A stretch of 64,000 nt of DNA from Candidatus Gottesmanbacteria bacterium (GTDB lineage: Bacteria > Patescibacteriota > Microgenomatia > UBA10105 > UBA927). The stretch is from contig JACRMP010000005.1 in NCBI GenBank assembly GCA_016214885.1, positions 134,725-198,724 on the forward strand, written 5' to 3'. The notes beneath the pieces were generated by a model, which worked only from the letters and a program-made list of their open reading frames with translations, made no database searches and was not told the DNA's origin. The translations under genes were made by a program, and so were the position numbers. Shown here one piece after another: positions 16,001 to 25,603 of the stretch (its first letter is position 1; the number at the start of each line of letters is the position of its first letter).

Positions 16001-17626
16001 ATGAAGCGATTATTTTTAACCATCACCGGACTCATTCTGGCACTTGCTGTTTCAGTAAACCCGCTCCGTGTATACGCACAGGGTGCTGATGCCGCCGCAA
16101 CAACAGCTCCCGCAGCTGGTGAATGCGATTCCTGGTTTGTGGCTCCGGTCACTTGTCTTTTGGAACCGATAACCAAAGGTGTTGCGGGATCCCTCAATAA
16201 ACAAATCGGCGACATCGGCACAGCAACATTTGCCATGGGGCAAATGGTTATTGCCGGCATGGGACTATGCGATTCTGAATGCAATCCGAATTGTCCCAAG
16301 GGAGTGAGTTTCCAGCACAGTGCAGTTGCCGGTCTTTCGACGACGGCGCTTGCGATGTACCAAAATCCTCCCGCAGAAACCAAAACCTATATTGCCGATG
16401 TCGGAAGAACCCTAGGATTCATGCCGAGAGTGCAGGCACAGGGAATCGGATTCTCCGGTCTTTCTGCACTTCTTGACCTGTGGAAAGCATTTAGAAATAT
16501 TGCCTATGCCCTGCTCGCCATCATCCTTATTGTCGTAGGCTTTATGGTCATGTTCCGGAAGAAAATTGACCCCAAGACTGTAGTGACGGTACAAAACGCA
16601 ATCCCACGCATCGTTATCGCCCTTCTTCTGGTTACCTTCTCTTATGCCATAGTAGGTGTCATGATTGATCTGATGTATCTGGCGATCGTGCTTATTGTTT
16701 CTATCGTTGCCGGAGCAGCGGGACCTTCTCTGGGACAATCAGTGAGCCTGTTTACAACAGGTGGCTCATGTGTAGGCGCCGGCAGCGGAGCGGCGGTAGA
16801 AATCGGCGGGGGCACCGCAACCACCCAGCAAGTTTCCACAATACTGTTTAACGGCGGCGTCGGCGGACTTATGCAGTTTTTTATGGGAAGCGGATTTCAG
16901 GCGTGGGACGATATTGCCTCCATGCTTACCGGAGGATTTGACGCAAAAACTACCGCAGCATACTTTATTGTCCCCGGTCTAATCGGCGCACTCGTCGGCG
17001 GCGGAAAAGGATTGTTTACCGGTCTTGTATCAGCGCCCATACTATTAACACTTATTATCCTTATCGTCTTAATCTTCGGGTTTATCCGACTTGTATTCAT
17101 GCTTATTGATGCGTATATCAATATCATCATTTCGTTACTCACTGCCCCATTCCACCTTATGATGGAGGCAATTCCGGGAACCAATGCGTTTTCCAACTGG
17201 TTTAAGAACCTATTATCCAAAATAATAGTATTCCCGATAACTGCGGTGTTACTTCTGGTTGCGGCGGTCTTGACCAGCCAGAATGTCGCTACCAAGATAT
17301 GGGCACCACCCATGCTTTCGAGCGGCGGCGGCGCGTTTGGCATGGCTGGTATTATCGGACTCGGCATGCTGCTTGTTATCCCGACCGTAGTTGCGGGCAT
17401 CCAAAAAGGACTTAAGGCAGAACCTCTGGTGCCGGGCGGAGTGGCGCCTATATTCGGTCCATTGGGAAGCGGCGTCGGACAACTCTTCTCGTTGGTATAT
17501 CAGGCGTCATTTGTCTCGAGTGCGCTACGGCACAAACCAGACGACAGAAGCGGTATGCAATTAGCACGCGAAGGCTCAACAAAGGGCTTGGGTGCCATCA
17601 CCGGTGGCGGCAGCGGCGGCCATTAA
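16001..17626 (+). CDS. VirB6/TrbL-like polytopic T4SS membrane protein
   Basis: Signal peptide; WKAFRNIAY...PRIVIALLLVTFSYAI...FIRLVFMLIDAYINIIISLLTAPF...IPG...FSNWFKNLL; many TM helices; follows the pilin array. Confidence 0.72.
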   Translation: MKRLFLTITGLILALAVSVNPLRVYAQGADAAATTAPAAGECDSWFVAPVTCLLEPITKGVAGSLNKQIGDIGTATFAMGQMVIAGMGLCDSECNPNCPKGVSFQHSAVAGLSTTALAMYQNPPAETKTYIADVGRTLGFMPRVQAQGIGFSGLSALLDLWKAFRNIAYALLAIILIVVGFMVMFRKKIDPKTVVTVQNAIPRIVIALLLVTFSYAIVGVMIDLMYLAIVLIVSIVAGAAGPSLGQSVSLFTTGGSCVGAGSGAAVEIGGGTATTQQVSTILFNGGVGGLMQFFMGSGFQAWDDIASMLTGGFDAKTTAAYFIVPGLIGALVGGGKGLFTGLVSAPILLTLIILIVLIFGFIRLVFMLIDAYINIIISLLTAPFHLMMEAIPGTNAFSNWFKNLLSKIIVFPITAVLLLVAAVLTSQNVATKIWAPPMLSSGGGAFGMAGIIGLGMLLVIPTVVAGIQKGLKAEPLVPGGVAPIFGPLGSGVGQLFSLVYQASFVSSALRHKPDDRSGMQLAREGSTKGLGAITGGGSGGH

Positions 17627-17709
17627 TCTCCCCTAATAGATTGATGTTTTTCTCCCGGGAAATAATTCGTGCACGCGGGCTACTCACGGTAACGCAGCGT
17701 CACAAAAAC

Positions 17710-20700
17710 CTAATGCCCTCCCCCGCCAGCACTCTTCTGCTCTTCTACGGACTTTTCCGCAGCGATAGCAAGAGTTGCAAGGATGGGCACCCACCAATAC
17801 TTCCGCCCCATTGCCCAGAGCCGGTCAATAAGGGTGGTGTGGAACTCTTTCTGTAAATCCTGCAGGTACTCGGGGTGATTGATAAACAACCCCATATCGT
17901 GAGCGGTATGGATAATCTCCGACATTTTTATCTCATCCCACACATTTCCGTGGGAACCCGTGTATCGGGTTGAATAAGAAACCGCCTCAGCAATAGAATG
18001 CGGCCAATGGGCAATTTTTTCTTTCGCCAGGTGCTCCCAACGCTCTTTACCGAATATCGTCTGCAGCAGTTTGTTTTTCTCCAGACCACGGAAGTCCGGC
18101 TCAAAATGCTGGAGCAATCCGGTTAAACCAGGCACCAATTGCATTGATAGGTGCCTCCCCTTGTTCATCTCAAAAAACACGCGCATCATTTCCTTGACCG
18201 TTGCCTCGGCTGCATCAGGACCAGAATAATCAACGATGGCGGTGCGCACTTCCATCATCTTCTGCAAACTCTTAGTGTAGTCATTGGGGGAAAGCACCAT
18301 CTCGGAATTGGAGAAAAATTCCAGCATGCCGTCGCGGGCGCGCATCTGGGCGCCGACATCGCGGATCCTCCGGTGCATCGCAACAGTTCCGAGCTGATAA
18401 AAATTAGATTCTTTCCAGTCAAAGTCGGTTAAACTCATGGTAAGCGGCAACTTAAGCGCTGATATGGCGTCCATTTTATTCCTGAATGTAGCTCCCGACG
18501 CCTCAACCGTACGGCTCCGGTATATTTCCGCCTGCATATCCACAATCACCTGGCGCATGTTTTCATTGCGCGCGGGGTCGAACTTTAACAATTTAAGATA
18601 AGGCGCCACCAGTGCATCAAAATCTTTTTTGTCTGCCAAATCAATACGGGCAAACTGCCAATCTTTCTCATGGGCCATTTTCAGTTCAGCAAGCGACAGC
18701 GCTTCCTTAAACTTTTTCCACTCTTCGTGGGTTACATTATTTTTGGTTAATATCTTTTCCGTATCTTCTTCCAGTAGTTCAAGGAACTTAGAGGGGTTTC
18801 TCCGGAGCATGCGGTCGAGTATCGGTTTGCGCTCTGCAGCGTTTCCGGCAGTCAGCAACTGGATAGACAGCGCTTGGTTATCAAGAAGCGCAGCGTTTTC
18901 CGGAAGCTTCTTCATACTGAGCATCTTGCCTCGGAGTTCGTCAGATATTCCTTTTTCAAGCCGCCACGCGGTTCCGTCATAAAATCCTCCGGATGACATA
19001 AATCCGGGGCCTAATAACTCGCTGAAGGATATGCCGGTTGCATCCTCGGCAAACTCCCAGGTTTCCATTGCTTTCTGCCGCTGCTTGTCGTGCTCATGAT
19101 GCTTGGCGTCATGCCATTCGTGGGTTTTAGTAAGCTTCATCTTTTGTCCGATACTTTCCGCCATGCCTCCCAGATACTTCCTGAACCACCCCACTTCTTT
19201 AGGATTAATGCCCTTGGTGGTCAGAAGGTTTTTCCGGAATATGCTCCGAGCAGTAATACCCATGTCGCCGCCGATATTAAACCGGGTGGCAAATGTTTCC
19301 GGGTTGAATATGCGCTGAATATCCTCAAAAGCAGGAGCGCGCATCACGTGTTTGCCCGACGCTGTCCCATATTCGTTTGCCGGAGGAACAGACATCATGG
19401 CACCAATCATCGCCATACGCCCGCTCCCTATCATGGCCGTGCGCGATGCCCACAGTGCCATACGGACTTCATATTCGGCCGGTTTATAATTTGGATCCTC
19501 GGGATGCTGCGCCTGCAGATACTCCACAAGCCGCTTTCTCACCTCAATATCGACGGGTGATAATCCGCGGGTTTCCAACAGCTCCTGGGTGAAGTTTTCA
19601 TTAAGCATTTCTTCACGGTGTGAGTAAATCTGATAAAGGCGTTCAACTTCGGATAGCTGCTCCATTTCCTTTTCATTAAGTGCCACTCCCTCGCTCTTTT
19701 TCTTTAAGAGGTCCTCGCGGGCATTACGTAGCTTAGACAGGGTAATATGAAGCTCTGTATAGCTTTGCACGTCATCGTCCCACAGCATCACCCCTTCTGC
19801 TGCCAAGTCCTGCTGCTGCTGGATCTCGTGCATAAGCCGCTGGTCTTCAACAGACAACGGACTCTGGGTTTTCCCCTTTTCCGGGTCATATCCTTCCTGC
19901 CGTTGTTTTGCCTTAAGTTCTTTGAGAATGTCCTCGCGTTTCATCTTGCCGCCGTTCCAGTTCACTTCTTCCCGCATGTATTTCACTGCTTCTCCGTATT
20001 TTGCCCGCTTTGTTGCCATAAGCTCAAAAAGCACGTGTTCATACAGGCTGTATGCCTCGTTTGAATGATCGAAATTTTTATATAGGTGATCAAGGTCTGC
20101 TCCTTGGAGCAAACTCATGGCCTTAAGCCGGTCCTTCACGTCGCCCGGGTTATACATGAGTCCTTTTACGGCATATTCGTATTGACCGCGGCTATCCCAA
20201 TGCTTCTGGTACAACTGAACCGCCAAATGATATTCACTGCCGTATTTCCATACAAGGAAGTCCTTGAATTCCTGGAAGCGCTGATCCTGGGTAAGTGTCG
20301 GCCTGGTTTCTTCGCGGCCCATGGAATATATTTGGTCAATAAAATCGAAGTACCACCTAGCCTCTCCTTCATCTCCCTGGATAAGCATTTCGACATCAGA
20401 CGGCGGAATATACCGGAAATCGGGGAACACTTCGTCAGGTTTATGGAGTTCGGGGTTCGGCGAGTTCCCCATCACCTCGCCCCAGGTAACCACACGGCCG
20501 CCCCTGAGTTTCTCCTGGTGCTTCTGCATCCGTAAATCAGTAAAGCGCTCAAACTGGCGGACGCGTTCAACCGCCTGCTGCACCAATTTTTCACTTACTC
20601 CTTCTTTTCTCCCTTTTTCCACCATGCGGCGGACAGCGTCGTCTGTAAGTCTGCCGTCATACGCAGCTCCCGGATCGACCCGGAACCGAAACTGCAGCTC

Positions 20701-21327
20701 TTTAAGATCGGATGCTAGCGGTGTGTCTTTAAGATCCACGTCGGCTGCTTCGTCATATAAACTCTTCACTGCTCCCGTAAGCTCAGGGTCATTATCTCTA
20801 ACAGGTTCCCCGGCTTCACCATCTTCCCCCACTCCGGAGCCGCCCTGAATAACCGGCACCGCTTCGTATGCAATGCCTTCCAGTGTCGGGTGCTCCGCAA
20901 TAATTTTGCGCAAATATTTCCTCGCCTCAACGGCGGTGGGGCTTGTATATTCTGCTTCTTTGGCCACCCGTGCTAACCGCTCGGCAACCCCCCGCATATA
21001 CTCAGGATCGGCCAACTGGGATTCGTCTGCGGTAAGAAGCGACTCAACAATACTAAACACTCTGGCGTCTTTAGGTAAATCGGATTCATTCCCCACAATC
21101 CTTTTGGTTGTTTCTGATGTCGTCTCCTTGAGCTTGCCCACCAGCGCTGCCAGACGATCTACAGACACGGTGTGCTCACCTGTTTCGGGCACTTCAGGAG
21201 GTGCTTCCGCGGGAGGAGGCGTCGGCTCAACGGGGGCAGCCTGCTCCACTGGCTTAGCGGGCTGACCTGCTTCTGCAGCTTTTTTGGCCGCCTCATTTAA
21301 CCGCTTAAATAGTTCTTCGTTAGCCAT
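17710..21327 (-). CDS. Large charged, helical hypothetical protein with C-terminal hydrophobic segment
   Basis: 1205-aa ORF, Pro/Glu-rich N-terminus, E/K/R-rich body, ends WWVPILATLAIAAEKSVEEQKSAGGGGH. Confidence 0.85.
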   Translation of the reverse strand: MANEELFKRLNEAAKKAAEAGQPAKPVEQAAPVEPTPPPAEAPPEVPETGEHTVSVDRLAALVGKLKETTSETTKRIVGNESDLPKDARVFSIVESLLTADESQLADPEYMRGVAERLARVAKEAEYTSPTAVEARKYLRKIIAEHPTLEGIAYEAVPVIQGGSGVGEDGEAGEPVRDNDPELTGAVKSLYDEAADVDLKDTPLASDLKELQFRFRVDPGAAYDGRLTDDAVRRMVEKGRKEGVSEKLVQQAVERVRQFERFTDLRMQKHQEKLRGGRVVTWGEVMGNSPNPELHKPDEVFPDFRYIPPSDVEMLIQGDEGEARWYFDFIDQIYSMGREETRPTLTQDQRFQEFKDFLVWKYGSEYHLAVQLYQKHWDSRGQYEYAVKGLMYNPGDVKDRLKAMSLLQGADLDHLYKNFDHSNEAYSLYEHVLFELMATKRAKYGEAVKYMREEVNWNGGKMKREDILKELKAKQRQEGYDPEKGKTQSPLSVEDQRLMHEIQQQQDLAAEGVMLWDDDVQSYTELHITLSKLRNAREDLLKKKSEGVALNEKEMEQLSEVERLYQIYSHREEMLNENFTQELLETRGLSPVDIEVRKRLVEYLQAQHPEDPNYKPAEYEVRMALWASRTAMIGSGRMAMIGAMMSVPPANEYGTASGKHVMRAPAFEDIQRIFNPETFATRFNIGGDMGITARSIFRKNLLTTKGINPKEVGWFRKYLGGMAESIGQKMKLTKTHEWHDAKHHEHDKQRQKAMETWEFAEDATGISFSELLGPGFMSSGGFYDGTAWRLEKGISDELRGKMLSMKKLPENAALLDNQALSIQLLTAGNAAERKPILDRMLRRNPSKFLELLEEDTEKILTKNNVTHEEWKKFKEALSLAELKMAHEKDWQFARIDLADKKDFDALVAPYLKLLKFDPARNENMRQVIVDMQAEIYRSRTVEASGATFRNKMDAISALKLPLTMSLTDFDWKESNFYQLGTVAMHRRIRDVGAQMRARDGMLEFFSNSEMVLSPNDYTKSLQKMMEVRTAIVDYSGPDAAEATVKEMMRVFFEMNKGRHLSMQLVPGLTGLLQHFEPDFRGLEKNKLLQTIFGKERWEHLAKEKIAHWPHSIAEAVSYSTRYTGSHGNVWDEIKMSEIIHTAHDMGLFINHPEYLQDLQKEFHTTLIDRLWAMGRKYWWVPILATLAIAAEKSVEEQKSAGGGGH

Positions 21328-21410
21328 AGAGCGTAAACGACACGAAATAACGCGCTAAATACATGCGCCTCTTAATATTCTATCGTTTCGATCCGCTACA
21401 AACAAGGGAG

Positions 21411-21965
21411 CTATCGATAAAGACCGTGGGTAGCAATATACTGGCTGACATCGGGCGGTACGAACTCGTCAATCGACAGACCTGCTTTCACCCGCTCGCG
21501 GATTTTTGTCGATGAAATATTGCTCCCGATAAGAAAATCGCTGGTGATCAGCGTCATATGAGGATACAGCGGCTCGTTGGGAAACCCATACCGGGGAAAC
21601 ACCAGAAACGGCATATGCCGCAGCAATTCTTCCCATTTGCCCCACAAATGAAACGTCGGAAGCTGATCAGAGCCGATAATAAACCGAAATTCGTGTCCGT
21701 TTGGCAAGTGCGGCAACAGGTGAATAGTGTCCCCGTCAAGCTTGTGGTCAATTTCCAGTGTGGAAACTTGGGTTTTCTCAAATTCCAGAAGCTTGGTCAT
21801 CGCAAGGCGGTGCGATACTTCAATAACCGGCTTGGGGGGGATTTGTCCATAATTAGGAAGAAACCATACCTCGTCGGCATCCGTAAAATCCAGCACCTGC
21901 CGGGCAATCATCAGGTGACCTATGTGGGGAGGGTTAAACGCGCCGCCCAAGAGTCCGATCTTCAT
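21411..21965 (-). CDS. nadD: Nicotinate/nicotinamide-nucleotide adenylyltransferase
   Basis: GGAFNPPHIGH, FIIGSDQL, W-x-x-W, ISSTKIR, YIATHGLY. Confidence 0.92.
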   Translation of the reverse strand: MKIGLLGGAFNPPHIGHLMIARQVLDFTDADEVWFLPNYGQIPPKPVIEVSHRLAMTKLLEFEKTQVSTLEIDHKLDGDTIHLLPHLPNGHEFRFIIGSDQLPTFHLWGKWEELLRHMPFLVFPRYGFPNEPLYPHMTLITSDFLIGSNISSTKIRERVKAGLSIDEFVPPDVSQYIATHGLYR

Positions 21966-21971
21966 AGCCTC

Positions 21972-24155
21972 CTATTCTACCTTTTTTGTGTACCGTTCGC
22001 GAGAAACACGGATAACGGTCTCCCGCTGTTCGTTGCGGCTCTTTGGAAGCGGAAGGGTGGTAGCAGAAAAAGGTGTCGATGTTTGATTATCTATAGATAG
22101 CTTGAGAACGACCTCAAAATTCCCGAGTCCCACCAGCTCCGCTTCTTCATATTTTTCACCAAACTCGCGCCCCAACATGCGGGCGTCAGCTGCTCCCACC
22201 GCAAACGATATGATGGAGCCCGCGTTGCCGAAAATCGCTTTCTGTACATCCTCGTCAATCTGCCCCACATATTGGTTGGCAAGGGCGAGGTTCAGCCGGT
22301 ATTTACGCGCCTCGGAGAGAATCTTAATAAACGACTGGGTGGCAAAATTCTGGAATTCATCGACGTAGAGATAAAAATCACGTCTGTTTTCTTCTGCGGT
22401 ATATACCCTATTCATGGCGGCTAATTGCATCTTGGTAATAATCATTGCCCCCAACAGCGCACTACTATCTTCTCCGAGTTTCCCCTGTGCCAAATTCACG
22501 ATGACAATTTTCCCTTCATTCATCATGCGCTCCAAATCCACTGTCGATGACGGGCTTCCCACTATGTTTCTGATCGTTTTGGAGGAGAGAAACTGCCCGA
22601 CTTTATTAAGTATCGGCGAAATCGACTCGCTCTTCATCTGCGGCGACAACCTGTTAAACTCGTTAAGCCAGAAATTCTTCAGCACCCGGTCATCCAATTT
22701 TTCGACTACCTTCTCACGGAAGCGATCGTTGGTCAGAAGCTCCGGGATATCCAAAAATGTCGATTGCGGTACGTGGGTGAGCGTTAAAATGGTGTTACGT
22801 AAAATATACTCAAGCCTAGGACCCCAACTCATATGGTATAGCTTGTAAAATATGGAAACAATACCGGAAGCGATGAGTTCACGGTACGCAGAATTTTTTA
22901 CCTCCAGAGGATTTAAGTGGAACGGGTGCTCGGTGTCAGACGGATCAAGATACGCCACATCGTTCATACGGTGTGAAGGAATATAATCAAGCAAAATATC
23001 ACTCAAGTCCCCGTGGGGATCAATAACGGCCACTCCCTCGCCGTTTTTCATATCATTAATTGCCATATTGGCAATAAGGGTGGATTTGCCTGTTCCTGTT
23101 TTTCCGATGATATACATATGCTTCCGGCGGTCCGCCTTTTTCACACCGAACGTGGTGGGAGTATTCTTATATTCCGTACGGGCAAAGAAATTTATGGATC
23201 GTTTCTCCTCATCGCTTCCGCCGGCAATCGGAAGATTCTCAGGAGCTTCTCCCAACAAATGCGCCCCCCAACGGATATTCTTAATCATCGACAGACCCAT
23301 CCCTGGAGGATGCCACAATGACGCCAACTCAGAAGACCCCAACACCTGATACTTTGGCCGGGCATAGTCACCGCGTGCTATCACGCTTTGTTCCAGTTTG
23401 TTTTTCTGCCAGAACTGCGGCTCGTGGAGCACCAAGCTGTTTCCACCGCCAAGACTATACACCCCAAATGTACCGGAGGCCGTGTGAAGCAGATGTTGCG
23501 CCCGCTCAACAGAACCCGCCACCGAAATAAGCCTTATCGCCGCATAAAATCCCACCTGATTCATTTTAATTTCCATAAGCCGGGCGTGCGGATGGGTCTT
23601 TGTCCTCCCTGTTGTAGAGTTAGGGTCGGCAACCCCTTTGGCGATAAGGGCCGCTATTCCCCGCTGCCAACTGTTGCCCGCGGGAGCTATACGGATCTGG
23701 ACGGCCATTGCTTCCTGCGGAGATAATTTAGCGAGCTGGCCAACAACACCAGAGAGGATATCGAGATCCTTCATGTCTTTGTAGGTTTTAAGCGGCAGAT
23801 AATAACTGTTTCCGTACACCAACTGACCTACCGCATGCGGAAGGGTCAAAAAATGCGGCATATAGTCTTTTGCCGGGGAAATAAGCACCCGCGGATACTG
23901 CGCAGTAAGCTGACTTTCCACGTATCCCCTCTGGGACTGGGGGGTTACGAGAAAAAAATGGATACCGCTATTAACAGACGCTATCTCCAAACTTAAAAAA
24001 GAAGAAGGGGCGCCTCCTCCGAACAACATCTGGAATATATTGCGGTGACCTCCCCCGGTGCTTAACGCAGCAAGCACCTGCTCCATAGCCAGCGGCGGTT
24101 CTTCGCTTTCCCTGCTATTTTGGATTTCCAACACGACGGGATCAATTGACGTCAT
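21972..24155 (-). CDS. VirD4/TraG/TraD-like coupling ATPase
   Basis: DRRKHMYIIGKTGTGKST (Walker A), IDPHGDL, YVDEFQNF (Walker B), SEARKY, ANQY, AIFGNAGS. Confidence 0.88.
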   Translation of the reverse strand: MTSIDPVVLEIQNSRESEEPPLAMEQVLAALSTGGGHRNIFQMLFGGGAPSSFLSLEIASVNSGIHFFLVTPQSQRGYVESQLTAQYPRVLISPAKDYMPHFLTLPHAVGQLVYGNSYYLPLKTYKDMKDLDILSGVVGQLAKLSPQEAMAVQIRIAPAGNSWQRGIAALIAKGVADPNSTTGRTKTHPHARLMEIKMNQVGFYAAIRLISVAGSVERAQHLLHTASGTFGVYSLGGGNSLVLHEPQFWQKNKLEQSVIARGDYARPKYQVLGSSELASLWHPPGMGLSMIKNIRWGAHLLGEAPENLPIAGGSDEEKRSINFFARTEYKNTPTTFGVKKADRRKHMYIIGKTGTGKSTLIANMAINDMKNGEGVAVIDPHGDLSDILLDYIPSHRMNDVAYLDPSDTEHPFHLNPLEVKNSAYRELIASGIVSIFYKLYHMSWGPRLEYILRNTILTLTHVPQSTFLDIPELLTNDRFREKVVEKLDDRVLKNFWLNEFNRLSPQMKSESISPILNKVGQFLSSKTIRNIVGSPSSTVDLERMMNEGKIVIVNLAQGKLGEDSSALLGAMIITKMQLAAMNRVYTAEENRRDFYLYVDEFQNFATQSFIKILSEARKYRLNLALANQYVGQIDEDVQKAIFGNAGSIISFAVGAADARMLGREFGEKYEEAELVGLGNFEVVLKLSIDNQTSTPFSATTLPLPKSRNEQRETVIRVSRERYTKKVE

Positions 24156-24240
24156 GAAGTAATCTTATCATACGTATTTTTCCCGCGTTCGTGAAAACTA
24201 AAAAAGTGGAGTTTTCACGGTCCTGATGCGCTTTGTGCTA

Positions 24241-24269
24241 TTGAACCCCAATCATTTTACCTCTACAAT
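24241..24269 (+). promoter_or_regulatory. Sigma70-type promoter of the prgI-virB4 operon
   Basis: TTGAAC (24241-24246), 17 nt, TACAAT (24264-24269), 8 nt before ATG 24278. Confidence 0.6.
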
Positions 24270-24277
24270 ATTTTTAC

Positions 24278-25600
24278 ATGGAACAGCACCCAGTGCCGCA
24301 AAACGTAACCACTTTTCAATTCCGTCTCATAGGAGACATGACGATCAAACAATTCGGATATCTTATTGCCGGAGGCATCCTCGCGGTTATTGCATACAAA
24401 TTACCCCTTCCGTTTATCATCACCTGGCCGCTTGCGGGTGCGTTTGCATTTTTAGGAGTGGGGTTTGCGTTTATCCCCGTCGAGGAACGGCCGATGGACG
24501 TATGGGTGTTCTCATTCTTTAAAAGCGTGTATAGCCCGACACAGTATATATGGTCACACGACCAAACTCCGGAAAACGCGGCCACTGCTGCTACCCCCGA
24601 TGTTATACATACTCCCACAAAACCTGCCCCGCTTACGGCTGCAACACCGGCACCCGCACCACAACCGGTACAAGTAGCACAACCGCAGGCCGCCAAAGCT
24701 GTGCTGACCGGATTGTTCCAACCCACCCAACAGGTCGCTCCCCCACCAAAACCGGTAGCGTTTACCGTGCCAGCAAAACACACATCGTTTATGGACGAGG
24801 TTATGGGATGGCTTTTTCCTAAACCTAAGGCCGCTACTGCGCCGGTACCCCCTCAGGCAGCAACACCTTCCGTAACAGGATACCGGCCTCCCGCGCCCCC
24901 TACCGCGGCACCTGTTTCGGCAGCAGATACCAAAGCTAACGAAGCCATTCACAACAAAATGACCCAACTGGAAGACACCCTAAAAACGTTGGAGGAGCGG
25001 TTGTCCACAAAAACCATAACTGAGGACCGGGTGTTGGAACTGCAAAAACAACTTACCGACGTCTTGTCACAAAAAGCAAAAACCGAAGACGAGCTTATTG
25101 CGTTAAAGCGGCATCTTACCACCCCACCGCCTCAACCTTCCGTGCCCCCACAACCCACAACGGTTGCCCAACCGCAACAAAAAGAGGCGCCTCTCACCCC
25201 GGCCTCCCGCGGGGCAGTAAATGTCATCACCACGCAGGAGGGGGCAGTAAAGGCGGGGCTCCCCCGGCTTACTAATGTCCCCAATGTCATAACGGGGCTT
25301 GTCAAAGACGACACGGGCAACTTTCTTCCCGGCATACTCGTTACTGTAACAAACAGCGACGGCATCCCCATGCGCGCGCTCAAAACAAACAAGCTCGGAC
25401 AGTTTGCTGCCTCAACCCAACTCGCGTCCGGAACATATTTTGTGGAAGTCGAAGATCCGAGGGGAAGATTTACCTTTTCCCGCGTGCAGATTACCCTAAA
25501 CAATGCCGTTGTTCCCATTCTCGAAATAATTGCAAAAAGCGAAAAAGCGCTCACCCGAGAAAAACTTGCACAGGAAATTTTTGGTAAACCAAATCTGTAA
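24278..25600 (+). CDS. prgI: PrgI-family (VirB3-like) protein with Pro-rich linker, coiled coil and C-terminal carboxypeptidase-regulatory-like beta-sandwich
   Basis: HPVPQNVTTFQFRLIGDMTIKQFGYL, two TM, ERPMDVW...P-x-x-YIW; C-terminal GLVKDDTG...PMRALKTNKLGQF. Confidence 0.82.
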   Translation: MEQHPVPQNVTTFQFRLIGDMTIKQFGYLIAGGILAVIAYKLPLPFIITWPLAGAFAFLGVGFAFIPVEERPMDVWVFSFFKSVYSPTQYIWSHDQTPENAATAATPDVIHTPTKPAPLTAATPAPAPQPVQVAQPQAAKAVLTGLFQPTQQVAPPPKPVAFTVPAKHTSFMDEVMGWLFPKPKAATAPVPPQAATPSVTGYRPPAPPTAAPVSAADTKANEAIHNKMTQLEDTLKTLEERLSTKTITEDRVLELQKQLTDVLSQKAKTEDELIALKRHLTTPPPQPSVPPQPTTVAQPQQKEAPLTPASRGAVNVITTQEGAVKAGLPRLTNVPNVITGLVKDDTGNFLPGILVTVTNSDGIPMRALKTNKLGQFAASTQLASGTYFVEVEDPRGRFTFSRVQITLNNAVVPILEIIAKSEKALTREKLAQEIFGKPNL

Positions 25601-25603
25601 CCT

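Noticed and set aside
24560-25200. Repetitive-looking C/A-rich DNA
   Set aside because: It encodes the Pro/Ala/Thr linker of PrgI; no fixed-period repeats or spacers, so it is not a CRISPR array or VNTR.
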